The position numbers and the translations under genes are program-made. Source: Narcine bancroftii (Eukaryota). From it: a stretch of DNA of 64,000 nt. The notes under the pieces are model-generated. The model saw nothing but the letters and a program-made list of their open reading frames with translations, was not told the origin of the DNA and ran no database searches. The DNA lies in NCBI RefSeq assembly GCF_036971445.1, contig NC_091473.1, positions 86,490,001 to 86,554,000 on the forward strand. Reading direction: 5' to 3'. This document shows, piece by piece, positions 37,801-52,800 of this stretch. Every line of letters starts with the position of its first letter. Position 1 is the stretch's first letter.

Positions 37801-40800
37801 CATACAGTTGGAAATAACAATTCATCATTGTTTCAACTGAAATCATTGAAGTTTTTAAATTAATGTTGCAAATGCTAAAAACAAATTGCATCATAAAGTT
37901 TGTAAGGGATATCATGATATTAAACTTTAAATTATACATTAAGTGTATTCATTATGAAAAAAAGCATGCCCTTGTTGGTTTGAAAAGCAATCTAGCCTCT
38001 TTATACAATTCCTGCCAATGGAGAGTAGCTGTCTTTACTCTAAAATGTAGTTGAAGGTAAATATGTGATTATTTATATTAATGATTTAGAGGAGGATGTG
38101 GTTAACGGGGTAAGAAAATATGCGGATGATATGAAAATAGGGGGAGTGGTGGATAGTGAGGTAGATTTTCTTGGATTACAGAAGGATTTGGTTTGTTTGG
38201 AAGAGTGGGCTGAAAGATGGCAGATGGAATTCAATATAGACAAGTGTGAGGTGTTGTGTTTTGGTAAAAATAACCAGAATTGGACATATACAGTTCAGGG
38301 GAGGGCATTGAGGCACGCAGAGGAGCAAAGGGACCTGGGGGTTATGGTACAGAGTTCACTGAAGGTGGATTCCCATGTAGACAGGGTGGTTAAGAAGGCA
38401 TATGGTATGCTGGCCTTCATAATTCATAGTATAGAGTATAGGAGCTGGGAGGTGATGCTGCAGCTGTTTAAGGCATTGGTGAGGCCAGGTTTGGAGTACT
38501 GTGCTCAGTTCTGGTCTCCAAGTTACAGAAAGAATAGAGAAAAAGTGGAGAGGGTGCAGAGAAGGTTTACAAGGATGTTGCCTGGCTTACAGCATCTGGA
38601 TTACAGGGAGAGATTAAGGAGACTGGGACTTTATTCAATGGAACGTAGACGACTGAGAGGGGACTTGATAGAGGTATTTAAAATTATGACAGGAATAGAT
38701 AGAGTAGACATAAACAGACTCTTTCCCCTGAGGGCAGGGGAGGTTGGAACAAGAGGCCATGAGTTAAGGGTAAGGGGGCAAAACTTTAGGAGAAATATTA
38801 GAGGTGGCTTTTTCACTCAGCAAGTGGTGGCAGAATGGAATGATTTTCCGAATGAGATAGTTGCGACAGGGTCCCTTCTGCCATTTAAGAGAAGGTTGGA
38901 TGTGTACACGGAGGTGAGGGGGTTGGAGGGTTATTGGCGGTGAGCGGAAGGTTTGAGTGGAGTTGTTCTCGTGAACCGGTGTGGACTCGAAAGGCCGACA
39001 TGGCCTGTTTCTGCTCCGTAAATGGTTATATTTTTAAAATATCTAAAATGAGTGAATGGCAGCTTTACTTTTCAACAGCAGAGGAGGCATTACAACCGGA
39101 GTTGAATAATTTCAAGGAAGTTAAGAATGCCCAACATGCAGTTTTACACAGATGATACAGAAATACCATGAATGTGGGAATGAACACAATCATGACATAA
39201 ACTCTGAAAAGAATTATGAATAAGATTAGTGGATTATGCAGAGTTAACCAACACAACTGGAGTATTGATATTGAAGCCTGCTCTATGTTTTTAAAAACAT
39301 AATGCTAACACATTTCATTCTGTTAGATCAAAACAGAAGAGTTACATGACAGAGGATATAGAAGAACAAGCAAACAGAATAACCACAAAGGCACAAAGAG
39401 CTAGTGAGAAGGCCAAGTGGAACTACAATGAGCTGAACAATTTACTTGCGATTAACATAACATCCCTTGAGGTTGGTAAATTATATGAGGCTGCTTATCA
39501 GGAGGAGGGTGGAAGTATGAACTCTCAAAGCACTTTATCAATGAGCAGCTTTGGAAGCAGCAAAAACATCAAATACAACAAACAATAGATTATGGCTGTG
39601 ATTTTTGACAGTACAATTAATTTGTCAATTAATAGTGATTGTGAAACTACTCTCTCAAGATTCCTTTTATTGTTATGCAATACTGCCAAAAAATGTAATA
39701 CAACACAAAACTTCCTTTACCTGTCGTAGGGCAAACAAAGAATCATGATTAACAGTGCCCAGCACCCCTTACAGTAAGAGGAAGACAAGCAAAAGAGAGT
39801 ACTTTCATAGACATGGGGTGTTGATGGATTCACCTCCAGCATTCCCGCTGCCTCAATAGCCGCACAGACCCCTGTTCGATCGATTGGCAACCTGAGCATC
39901 AGATCCAAACCTCCGACGATCTGGAAGCTTTCAGTGCCCGAGGGCCTTTGGGAGCCCTTCTTGCCCTCAGCACCTACTGAATCCAACAGCATAGACTGGT
40001 TCCCATGAGGCAGTCTCCAGCCTGTGTGGTCCTTCAGCAGGTGAGCCCCTTGCTGGTCTGTTGCAGTGGTCACCGTCCTGGGTGGTCACCTTCTATGCTT
40101 CTCCTTCTCAATGGAGGGAATGGATGTTCTCCCCATTTCTAGTGCCCTGCTCTAGTCTGCACCCCTTGTGGTATGCTGCCCAGCACATGCACCATCATTT
40201 TGGGCACAGACCACGTGGTTGTAGGATTTGAAAAAAAAACTGATAGTTCCTTTACAGAGTAGTTGGGATTAGGACCGTGGGAGGGCTCTGTGGAGCTGAA
40301 CTGTGTCATCACTCCCCACTCTCCCGCACCAACAGCAGTGCTGCCATTACACCAACTCCAGCAGCACCACCATTTTTGTTTTAAAAGCCACTTCCCTTGC
40401 TTGAGTAGGAAAAGAACTCTAGTTTTTGTGCCTCTTCAATGCCCTCAAATAAGCCAGTTATTTAATACATTACACAGGTATGAATCTAAAAGACCAGCTA
40501 GGAATGTGCTGTTGTGACCCTTAGCTGCTAGTGAGTTAAAGGATCTCATTTGGTGTTCAGAATTGACTTCAATCCTAGAGAAGTATAAAACATTTCCCAA
40601 AAGGTTGCGGTGTTTGTCGAGTTCCATTATCATTAAAAATTAGCTTCTTGTATTGATTTGGGGTGATTTTAAATATAGACCTCCTCCTGCTTCTACATCT
40701 GACACAGACTCAGTGAGAAATGATCATACAAGGATAATTTATTTCAAGTTAATTGCATCCATAATATAAAAGAGGTTCCTTTATTCTTCCCATTTCTGTG

Positions 40801-43800
40801 GTCTGATAGAGAAGCCCAAATGGACAAGAGAAGCTAATGAAAGGGAAAATGGAAATAAAGTTGTAATGTACAATAATTTTTTTTCAATAAATGTAGCTGG
40901 ATATTTCAGGTCTGGTGAAATCAAAATGTTTTTTTTTCCCCCCCCCACCCCATTCATCAGAATGAAAAAAATCAATTGAAGGGCAGAGAAGATGATATAG
41001 AATTTGAGTTGAACAGAAAACTTGAACTGTATGAAACTTTGAAGAATAACATCAGTGATTTCCAGAGAGACATCATGAGAATTTTAGAGAAAGGAGAAAT
41101 AGACCTAAAAGTAAGTGGCTTTCAAAAGTTGTGAAAAAATTGTGAAGTGGTTCCTGGGTTTGCTTGAAGAGTGTCTTTGATCTACATTCATATGACAACT
41201 ATGTCACAGTAAATGTTGGAATAGCAAGGAAATCAATTTAGCCTCCAATGGATTACAAGCCTTTAGCTCAATAGCAATTACACAAGAAAAAAAAAGTGCC
41301 ATCCCTGGAACATTCACAAAACCAAATCATCTACTGTTTTTGACAAGTGCTGATATTTCACTCAGTTAATTGGAGCAAGATTGAATACTACTCACATGCC
41401 CCTTGCCTTTTGTTGCTGGTTCTTTCTTTCTTTTTTCTTTGGCTTGGCTTCGCGGACGAAGATTAATGGAGGGGTAATGTCCACGTCAACTGCAGGCTCG
41501 TATGTGGCTGACAAGTCCGATGCGGGACAGGCAGACATGGTTGCAGCGGTTGCAGGGGAAAATTGGTTGGTTGGGGTTGGGTGTTGGGTTTTTCCTCCTT
41601 TGCCTTTTGTCAGTGAGGTGGGCTCTGCGGTCTTCTTCAAAGGAGGTTGCTGCCCGCCAAACTGTGAGGCGCCAAGATGTACGGTTTGAGGCAATATCAG
41701 CCCACTGGCGGTGGTCAATGTGACAGGCACCAAGAGATTTCTTTAGGCAGTCCTTGTACCTCTTCTTTGGTGCACCTCTGTCTCGGTGGCTAGTAGAGAG
41801 CTCGCCATATAACACGATCTTGGGAAGGCGATGGTCCTCCATTCTGGAGATGTGACCTACCCAGCACAGTTTGATCTTCAGCATCGTGGATTCGATGCTG
41901 TCGGCCTCTGCCATCTCGAGTACTTTGATGTTGGTGATGAAGTCGCTCCAATGAATGTTGAGGATGGAGCGGAGACAACGCTGGTGGAAGTGTTCTAGGA
42001 GCCGTAGGTGATGCCGGTAGAGGACCCATGATTCGGAGCCAAACAGGAGTGTGGGTATGACAACAGCTCTGTATACGCTAATCTTTGTGAGGTTTTTCAG
42101 TTGGTTGTTTTTCCAGACTCTTTTGTGTAGTCTTCCAAAGGCGCTCTTTGCCTTGGCGAGTCTGTTGTCTATCTCGTTGTCAATCCTTGCATCTGATGAA
42201 ATGGTGCAGCTGAGATAGATAAACTGATTGACCGTTTTGAGTTTTGTGTGCCCAATGGAGATGTGGGGGGGCTGGTAGTCATGGTGGGGAGCTGGCTGAT
42301 GGAGGACCTCAGTTTTCTTCAGGCTGACTTCCAGGCCAAACATTTTGGCAGTTTCCGCAAAACAGGACGTCAAGCGCTGAAGAGCTGGCTCTGAATGCTG
42401 GTACATCTTATGAAATTGCAGTTCTGCTCTAAATTTAGCAAATGGCACGATAATAAGAAATTGGATGTTGTGGGTCTCAATTATTTCTCTGCAATATATC
42501 CTCCACAAGGAGAAAAGACTGAATAGTAGTTTAACCCTTTATCTTTATTTGCTTTCAAAGGTTTCTACCAAATATTCAATCTCCAAATCTGCTGTTTATG
42601 CTTCGAAGAATATGCATTTTGGGTTTAGTCAAAATGCTATGATTTCAAAAATCCAAATTATACAAATTATTATGCATTGATTTTTATATCAAAATACTGA
42701 GCGAGTTTCTGTTGGATGCTAGTTCGTATTTGTAAAATATGCCCCAGAGGATGGACAAAAAAGCAAAAATGTAGAGCTGTTGAAAATCAGACATAAAAAT
42801 GAGAATATTAACCTAATAACAGGTCCTTGACTTGAAATTTAGTTCTTTTTCTCTCCACTGATGCTGATTGATCTGTTGAGTATTTGCAGAACTTTCTGTT
42901 TTTATTTGACTGATTGCAGCTAGTTCCTGGGATTGATTCTCACATTCTAACAAAGTTTATTTCTCTGCAGACAGCTACCATGCTGCAAACCAGAGCAAAT
43001 ACTGCCAAGTACTTGGCTGAAGAGGCTGTCAAAAAAGGATCATACACACTGGAGCAAGTGGATCGTATCATAAACAATCTAAGAGGTACATAATCAACTT
43101 CATTACATTAAAAAAAATAAATAGAAAACTTGGGATTTATCAGTTCCCTTATGAATCACTTCATCAAAGCTAATTTCTCATACTTCCTCATTTGCTACAC
43201 TGGATCCTTGGCTCAGTGTATTTCTGGCAGATTATTTTTGTGTCTTGTTATGTAAAGCAGATAAAAAGTATTTTCCCAATTTCTTATTTTACTATTGCCT
43301 AATATACACTTTCCTATCTCTGTCTAGAAGGGATCTACAGGTAAAAGACTTTTTTTTATATACTTACTGATAGATTTTGCTTCTCAATAGTTAACACTTT
43401 CTTTTTCTCCTTTTTTTTTTAAAAAAAATCAACTTTTGACCATTTTTTAATGAATTGAAAAGATTTCCAATTCTCAAGCCAACTATTTTTCCCTTAGAAC
43501 ATTTATAAGCTTAGAGTTCAAATTGTTTTTCATTTTCCAGTCATTCACAGTTGGACCACTTTTCTTGCTGTGTTTTTTTTTTGCCTGAAAGGAATATGCA
43601 AACAAATCATGTAATTTTATGTAATTGCTGATCTTTGTAGTTTCTCACTCTACCACAGCCAAACTGTCTCTTCTTTTCCTTAGTTTAGCTTGACATTAGC
43701 TTCAGATTGAGCTACATCACTTAAAACTTAATGCAAGAGTCAATCTCACTCTTTCTGAGAGGACCTTTGCAACATTATTAATTCACCCTTTCTTGTTCGA

Positions 43801-46800
43801 CAATATTGTACAACTTAGTTGGTTCTTCAATATACTCATTTGGAAATGCATCTTAAACACATGCAACCTGTACATTGTTTATACTGATTTGATTGTCCAC
43901 TCTCTATGTAAATTATGTCTCCCTGGTTGCTCCATTATCCTTATTACATAGACCTCAGATATCCTCATCACAATGACCATTTGCAGGACTATAAAGACGA
44001 CTCTCACCAATATCATCTGCCTCCTGCTGATTATTCACTCCACCTAATTGATTCTAACCCTATCCCCTATTATCTGAGTCAAGATATTTCCTAACAACAA
44101 TACTGATATCATATAGTTTTCCTTTATTGCCTGTCATTGATGAACATCATCTATCCTAGAATATCTAGTTCCCACCTTGAGTCATCCTGGCTTTTCATTG
44201 ACTTATATTGTGCCCATTTACATGACACGATGAAGGATGAAGCGTGCATTTGGGCAAGTTCTTTTAAATTTGGTCTTTTAATGTTTGCTGTTCGTCTTAT
44301 TTAGTACTTGTTAATATGAGCACAGCAATAATCATGTCTTGCTCCACAACTACCTGACTTATGCTGATGTCATTTTTGATCCGAAGTGTAAAACTTTCAC
44401 ACTGATGCCAGTGTTGAGTTGCTCCTACCTCTCTTGCTCATTGCCGTCCCTGCCTTATTCATCAAAGCTCCAACTCTGTGGACTGAACACTTCAGTGCTC
44501 AAACCACTCTACATTCTGCAACCCTCAGTTTTAAACGCACAAGCATCAAAGGTTATGGGAAGAAGGCCAGGGAGTGGGGCTGAGTGGGAGAACGGATCAG
44601 CTTATGATTAAATAGTGGGGCAGAGACCCAATGAGCTGAATAGCCTATTTCTGCTCCTACACCTTATGGTCTAAGCTTGACCTGCTAAGTTTTTAACATG
44701 CTTTGATATTACAGACTTCAACATACGAATAATCAGCAATAAGACAGCTGCTGCAGATGCTTTGAATAAGATACCGTATATCATCAGGACCATTGACAGT
44801 GCCAAAATGCTAACTAACCAGGCTGAGAACCAACTGGGAAATGCACTAACAACTGCTAAAGACGCCAGGGGCAAAGTTGAAATGGCACACAGTATTACTA
44901 ATAATATTCAGAAGGTACTATTCAATTATATTTCAACCCTGTTAAATACAGTGAAATTAAATGCTATCTTTTCAATTAATGAGCTTTTCAATTCTTCCCC
45001 AAAATTCTTTTATTTTCCTCACCTCCTGACTTGTTGCCCTCATGTTGTTCACCCTTTCTTACACTTGCTATTGTTAAAAATCCTAGAGATGTTGACCCCA
45101 GGTGAGTGATTCTCATAGTTTCCCTTTCTTCTCCGGCCACTTCTCAGTCTGCATGCAGCCCCAGCTATTGGGAGAGCTGCAAAACACATTTGTGTACTCG
45201 AAAGATGAGGACTGCATCAAGAACTGTTGCACTGAGATGAAAATTAGACTGCTTTCTTGTAAATTATCTGGTCTTATAGAATGTCAGCATAAATTATCTG
45301 TATTAACAGAGCTGAAAATTGTATCAAATTAAAAAAACAAGAAAATATACCTGTTTGAAAAATTTCTCTTGCACATAAAGTATTTTGTCAGAACTGAAAG
45401 ATATTAAACTAACCGAAGACAGTCCTGAATAGTTGTGAATATTTCCAAGATTAAAACAGCACACATAATGTTCTATCAAGCTTTGCTATCTAGCTTTAAG
45501 TTATTTGTCTATGTTTACCCAGTCCTTTTATTAGAAAAATAAATCCATGTCAAAAATGTGACTGACATTTTCAACTAATGTGGCTGGGAACATTACTTCA
45601 TAATTTATCAAAAAATCTTGTTGAGTGTGTTCTTTAAACTGTAGATTGCCATCTTGAACTAACTGATTAATATTCATTTGAATGTCATCTCCAACATTTT
45701 GTGGCCACACAATTGGTGAGGTGATTAGTGCAACGTCCTTACAGAGCTAGTGATTGGGACCGGGAGTTCGAATCCCGCGCTGTCTGTAAGGAGTTTGTAC
45801 CTTCTCCCCGTGTCTGCGTGGGTGCTCTGGTTTCCTTCCACCTTTCGAAATGTACCGGGGGTCCAGGTTAATTGGATGTAAATTGGGTGGTATGGGCCGA
45901 AATGGCCTGTTACTGTGCTGTATGTCTAAATTTAAATTTAAAATTAAAATTTGCTGACAATAAATTTCAGCATGTTATTGTTTCAATCCTATGAACAGAA
46001 AGCAATTCAATCACTATTTGATGCAGAAACTACATTAAATGATACCATGTTATTTGATGAAAAGTTAAAAGATATAAATGTACAACTGCAACAATTGGAA
46101 ACTGACGTGGCAAATAAACAGAGATATGTGAATGAAGATGCATTGACGGCAGAGAAGGTAAGATTATTTGTGATGCTTTCTAATTTACAAGCAAGTTGGT
46201 TTTTTGCGTCCAACAGTCCTGTGATTTATTTAATCACTGGGGTTTCAAGGATTTCACTGGTTTCTGTCTAAGGAGAGAAATAAATAATTCTGAGCAAAGA
46301 ACGCAATGAATCTTTGTAATCGAGCATTAAACTGTTGCAAACAAATAATATACCTTCTGAAGTGCTGACTTTTTATATTTGCACAAATGAAAAGGTTCAC
46401 TGCTAGCTTCAGTCTATTAACCAACTGAATCTCCCAGGGAAAACTGCAACATGGAACTAACACCCAGTCAGAGCAAAAACAATAGATTAATGACAAATTT
46501 ACATCAGACAGAAATAATAGTCCTTATGGAAATTGGTTACATCTGCATTCACTGGTGGAAGGTTTTATCCGAAGGCCTGTGAAGAAGGGATGAGAGGTTC
46601 ACTGTTATATTCTTTGGAGCTGGTCATGCCATAAGACAGGAGCAAAAATAGGCTATTCAGCCCATCAAGTTTTCCCACCATTTAATCATGAGGTGACTCA
46701 TTTACCCACTCATCCTAGCTGCCTGGCCTTCTCCCAGTAAATTTAAAAAAAAAATTCATTTGCATCAACAAATAGATATAATCCTCAATGTAATAAAAAT

Positions 46801-49800
46801 GATACAAAATGATATATAATTTTTTTCTTTTTATTCCCTCCCCCAAAGAAAAAGAAAAAGAGAGAAAATAGAAAAAAACCTGAATTTATTTATCATTCAT
46901 TATTCATATATTCCTAGCATAGTATTCTATCTTGTACATATTAAATGGGAGGAGTGGTGAAATCTATATATGGTTTCCAAATCATATAAAAATTCTCAGG
47001 TTGATTCCTTAAATTTTAAATAATCTTTTCCAAAGATATACAATTTGGAATTTCCATATGCCATCTATCTAACCGTATAAAATTACATGTTACTACCATA
47101 CATTTCCATGCCTCCCCATAAACTTTGATGCCCTGGCTAATCAAGAATGAATCTCTGCCTTAATTATACCTAATGACCTGGCCTGAGCAACTGCCTGTGG
47201 CAACAAATCCACAGATTTACCACCTTCTGGTTGAAGAAATTCTTACTCATTTCTGTTCAAAGCAGACACCCTTCAATCCTGAAGTTGGGCCTTTTTGTTC
47301 TAGACACTCCCACCATGGAAACAACCTTTCTACATCTACTCTGTCTGTACCTTTCAACATTTGAAATGTTTTATTGAGATCCCCCCATTCTCCTAAATTC
47401 CAATGAGCATAGGCCAAGAGCAGTCAAACACTTCTTGTATGATAATCCTTTCATTCCCAGAATCATCCCAGTGAACCTCCTTTGAACCTTCTCCAATGTC
47501 AGCACATCTTTTCTTAAATGAGGAGCCCAAAACTGCTCACAATATTCCAGATGAGGTCTCACCATTGTCTTATAAAGCTTTACTCTCACATTCCTGTTCA
47601 TGTATTCTATTCACCTTGAAATGAATGTCAGCTTTGCATTTGCCTTCTTCACCACTGTCTCATCTTGCAAGTTTACCTTCAGGCTATACTGCACAAGGAC
47701 CTCAAGGACTCTTTGCATCTGGATATTTTCAATTTTCTCCCCATTTGAAAAATAGTCTGCCCATTTATTTTTTTCTACCAAGTGCATGAAAGTACACTTT
47801 CTGACATTATATTTCATTTGCCACTTCTCTGACCATTCTCCTAATTTAACTAAGTTCTTCTGAAGTCCCCATATTTCTTCTACACTCCCTGTTCCTCCAC
47901 CTACCTTCTTTTCTTCTGCGAACTTGACCACAAAGCCATCCATTCCATAATTCAAATCATTAATATACAACATAAAAAGTGGTCCCAACAATGACCCTGT
48001 GGAAAACCACAAGCAACTGGCAGCCAATCAGAATATAATCCTTGCATTTACAACACCCTACTTCTTGCCAATCAACCAATGCTCTACCCATGCTAGTATG
48101 TTTCCTGTAATACCGTGGACTTTAATCTTCTTAAGTAGCCTCGTGTGGCATCTTGACAAATGGCTTCTGTAAATCTAAATCCTCAACAACCACTACATCT
48201 CCCTTATCTAGCCTGCTTGTCATTTCCCCAAATAACTTCATTCTTTACAAATTGACTCCAATATCTCTCCAACCAATGACTTCATGATAATTGACCTATA
48301 ATTTTCTTTCTGCTGCCTCCCTCCCTTCTTGAAAAATTAGGTGATATTTGTGATTTTTTCAGTCCTCTGGGGCCCTGCCAGAATGTACTGATTCCTGAAA
48401 GATCATTAACAATGCCTCCACAATTTCTATCGCCACCTCTTTCGGGACCCAAGGGTGTAAACCATCTGATCCAGGAGACTTATCCACCTTAGACCATTCA
48501 GCTTTCTGAGCTCCTTCTTCCTTGAAATAGTAGTTACACTCACTTCCCTTCCCTGACACCCTTCAACATCTGGTACACTGCTAATGCCTTCCACAGGGAA
48601 GACATGCAAAATACTCATTTAGTTCCTCTGACATCTCCTTGTCTCCCATTATTATTTCACCTGTGTCATTTTCTTGAGGCTTTTATATCTACTCTCACCT
48701 CTCTTTTATTCTTTATTTACATGAAGAAGCTTTTTATATCCTATTTGATATAATTTGTTATCCAACATTCATACTTCATCTTTTCCTACCTTAAGTTTTT
48801 TAGTTACCTTCTGTAAGTTTTTAAAAACTTCCCAACCCTCTATCTTCCCACTAATCTTTGTTTCCTTGTATGCCCTCTCTCTTGTTTTTACATTGGCTTT
48901 GACTTTCCTCATCAGCCACAGTTGTGACATTTTTCCATTCGAATATTTCCTTTTTTGGTCTGTATTTATCCTGCACCTTCCCCATTTCTTGCAGAAAATC
49001 CATCCATTGCTGCGCTGCGGTCTTCTCTTCTAATGGCCCCTTCCAGTCTACTTTGGCCAGTTCCCCTCTTATGCCTGTCTAATTCCTTTTACTCCAGTGA
49101 AATACTGACACATCTGACTTTAGTTTCTCCTTGTTAAATTTCACATTGAACTCAATCATATTGCGATCACTACCCCCCCCCCCCCACCAAGTTCCTTTAC
49201 GCCAGTGGTTCCCAACCTTTTACTTTCCACTCACATAACATTTTAAGTATTCCCTATGCCATAAGTGTTCTGTGATTAATAAGGGATTGCTTAAGGTGGT
49301 ATGTGGGTGGAAAGTAAAAGGTTGGGAACCACTGCTTTACACTAAGCTCTCTAATCACCTCTTGTACATTACACAACACCCCAATTCAGTCCAGTCAATC
49401 CCCTCATTAGCTCATCAACTGCTACTTTAAAAAGTCATTTCATAGGCTTTCCACAAATTCTCTCTCTTGATATCTAGTTCCTATCTGGTTTTCCCAATCT
49501 ACCTGCATTTTAAATCCCCCATGACTACCATAACATTGCCTTTCTGACGTCCCTTTTCAATTTGTTGCTGTAATTTGTTGTCTACATCCCGACTACTGTT
49601 TGGAGGTCTGTATATAACTGCCAACAGTGGCTTTTACCCTTGCCATTTCTTAACTCAACCCACAAAGATTCTATATCTTCTGATCCTATGTCAGCTCTTG
49701 CTATGATTTAATGTTGTTGCTTACCAACAGAGCCACTCCACCCCTCAGTTTACCTACCTATCCATTCGATACACATGTTCTTTGAGTATGTAAGAAGCAA

Positions 49801-52800
49801 AGTCAATAGAGGGGAGACTGTATATATAGTGTCTTTGGATTTTTCGAAAGCATTTGACCAATTGCCATTTGAAAGGTTAGTTTACAAGATACCATGGAAA
49901 TGCATTTACATGGATTAATTATTGCACTGAAGACAGAGATTGGAATAAATTGGTCTTTAACAAGCTGCAAGGATGTAATAAATGAAATGCTGCAGGAATC
50001 AGACCTTGGCCCTCAATTATTATGATTTATTTGTAAATAACTTGGTGGAGGGCAAAAGTGTACCAGGTTTGGTGGTAACATACAAAAAAAGTGAGAGGGC
50101 ATGTTGCAGCTGGCAAATGAATGGACAAAATCTTAGCAAATGAAGTTTAATGTGGAAAGCTGAGTTCCTCTTCCATTTCTATTAGCAGAATCAAAAGAAA
50201 GACTAACCTCTAAATAGAGATTGCAAATGAGCAAAGTATGGATGGATCCAAGTGTTCTTGCTCACTAATCATGTTAGCAGGTTAGTTTAGCAATGTTTGT
50301 TTTCATTGCAAGAGGTTTGGAATTTAGAATAGGGAAGAGCTATTACAATTGTACAAGGTACAGGTGAGGCCTCAGCTGTGGTTGTGCAGTTTAATCATTT
50401 TATTTGAAGAAAGAATGTTCTGGCATTGGGACTGTTCAAAATAAATTCTCTTGGTTAATAGCTGGAATGAAACAACTGTTCTATCACCAACAGCTGAAGG
50501 AATTACATCTAGTGTATATTCTTTGGAGTTTAAAATAATGAGGGGTTATTTTATTGAAACATACAAGACTTTGAGGGAAGCATTACAGGATAATTGATAT
50601 AGATATTTACTTCTTGAATGTGGGAACACAGTTACAAGATTCAAGAGCAGCTATTTAAAAATGAGCATTGCGGGCTTTCTGAGGTTGGAGAATCTCTGAA
50701 ATTCTCCAGTCAGGATTGTTTTACAGGTGAGGCCAAGGTGGGTGCTGGAAGAGTGTGCTAATATCATCACAGAATTGAAAGCAATGGGGAACTGGCAGAG
50801 AAGAGAAGAAGACAAGGGTAGATCGGTCTTGAATATGAATGGCAGGACAGGTTTGAGGAACTTGATTCTGTCTTGACTAAACATCATCTTCACCACAGCC
50901 TGGGCCAAATTTAGATCAAATTTGGAGCTTCTCTAGTCTGTGAGTGGTTATCATTTGAAAGAATGCATTTAACTATTTGTTTATTGCTTCAGATTGCAGA
51001 CACTGTAAATGCAGCAACTATGAATACTGCAAATGCAAAGGATTCTGTGATTAAAACAATGAAATTGATAAACGATTTACTACTTTCTATGCGTGAGTAT
51101 GACAAGTTTACAAGTAGGCTAGAACTGTATCTTTGAGCAACAAATGATTTTAACCAAAAATGTTCATTAAAAATATTATCAGAACTACATCTTTATTTTA
51201 AGTCTCAGAAGATGAATCAGTATAGCAGTTTAGTAAGTGTATAACCAGGAACTACAAGATAGTAGAATGTGACCAATTGCAGAAAAGAGTTGGTTTCAAA
51301 TAACTTGGAGGAAATAGGTCTGACATAGAGAAAAATTATTCTTTTGACTTATCAATAATGCACAGAAAATATAGCTCAGAAGCATTGCTATCCTTTTTGG
51401 CTTCTCCATTCACTGATAATGCTTTTCTTTCTTCCTTTTATTTAACAAAGCCAAAATTGGGAACGATTGCAACAAATTACATTAAAAAAAACACAAATGA
51501 CCTCCTTCATTCATTTGGTAATCTATCTTTTCCTTAGATAACCTTCCTGAGGTAAATGGGTTTCTTCTTCATTCCTACTTATGCTTTTGGTTACACCACA
51601 TTATCTGTTGTCTTGATCTTTCTCAGAAATAGAAATACTCTTGGAATAAACACACCATCAAAACATTTTTTAGCTGTGAGACCAGTGGAGTTGAATCCAT
51701 GGACACTCAATGACCCTGAGGGGACTTTCTTTTGCTTCTCTTTCTCTCTTACTGTAAGGGGCACTGGATAACACCAATGACACCACTTTGTCTGCCTCAC
51801 AGCAGGCAGAAGGCAATTTTGTATAGTATTACATGTTCTGTTTAAGGGAATCTTGAATCTTGAATTTTTACAAGGAAAAAGAAGTAGACAGATATCCTCT
51901 CATTATAGCCTTGCTGATCGGGTGCCATCCTTGTCAATTCTTTTTCATCCATTCTAAGGCATCTACTTACTCTTTACAATGGCTGCTTGATATCCAATAT
52001 TCTCATGATCCTCTTGCCCATTTGAATTCCAGTTTAAACAACAGAAAACCATAAAACCTCTTTCTTCATAAAGAACAAAGACTGGTATTTCCTAATTATA
52101 TTCCTATCATTAAGTAAATTGAAGTCCACTTGTAATTTGTTGCAATCCTCAAATCCTGATATTTGCATTGATTTTCTTTTTACTCCTGTGGGGAAGTGTC
52201 TTCCAGCTTTAATTGTGTGGGAGGTTAGGATTTCAGGAATCAGTTACTCTGTGGCACCAAAATACAGTCCTTGTATCCTGTTATTTATAAGAAAATGTTC
52301 ATTTTAACCCCATCATCCAGGCTTAGAATCATGGCACACAATGGTGCATTTGTCACCAAGTCCAAATTTTGGTGCAGCACATTATTTGTGGGTCATCTCC
52401 AATTAGCCAAAAATAAGAAAGATCAAAATCCTTTGGGATTTTAGCATCTGTGATAGGCATGGGATACAACTCTTCAGAAATTACTTATTGGAATATTTTA
52501 AGGCAAATGAGTGGGAACCAGATCTTAAGTATTTTTTTATGCTTGTTCGTTAAATATCTGTGGTGTTTCTTTCTCTCTAACTGGTCACTAAATATGAGTC
52601 ATCTATGCATGGACCTTGTTTAGATACAGATTTACTCAAAGAAGCATTACTTAGTCAATGATTGTGTTTCATTTGCAGGCAACCCAGCCAAAATTGATAC
52701 TACTAAGTTAGAAAATGTGGAGAAGTCACTACAGATCTTTAAAGGTCAATGGATTAATGAACTTCAATTACATTTGCAACAGTTGAAAGATGCAGCTGGA

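Larger units (their letters stand above)
46630..49775 (-). mobile_element. Long degenerate CR1 LINE with nested insertions
   Basis: Minus ORFs KSPGSDGLHPWVPKE, VKFAEEKK, LYKTMVRPHLEYC.QFWAP; interrupted at about 46741-47110 and 49203-49334. Confidence 0.88.

Noticed and set aside
38065-38943. Domesticated reverse transcriptase gene
   Set aside because: A 5'-truncated young CR1 copy with no ATG start or exon structure, like the other CR1 fragments
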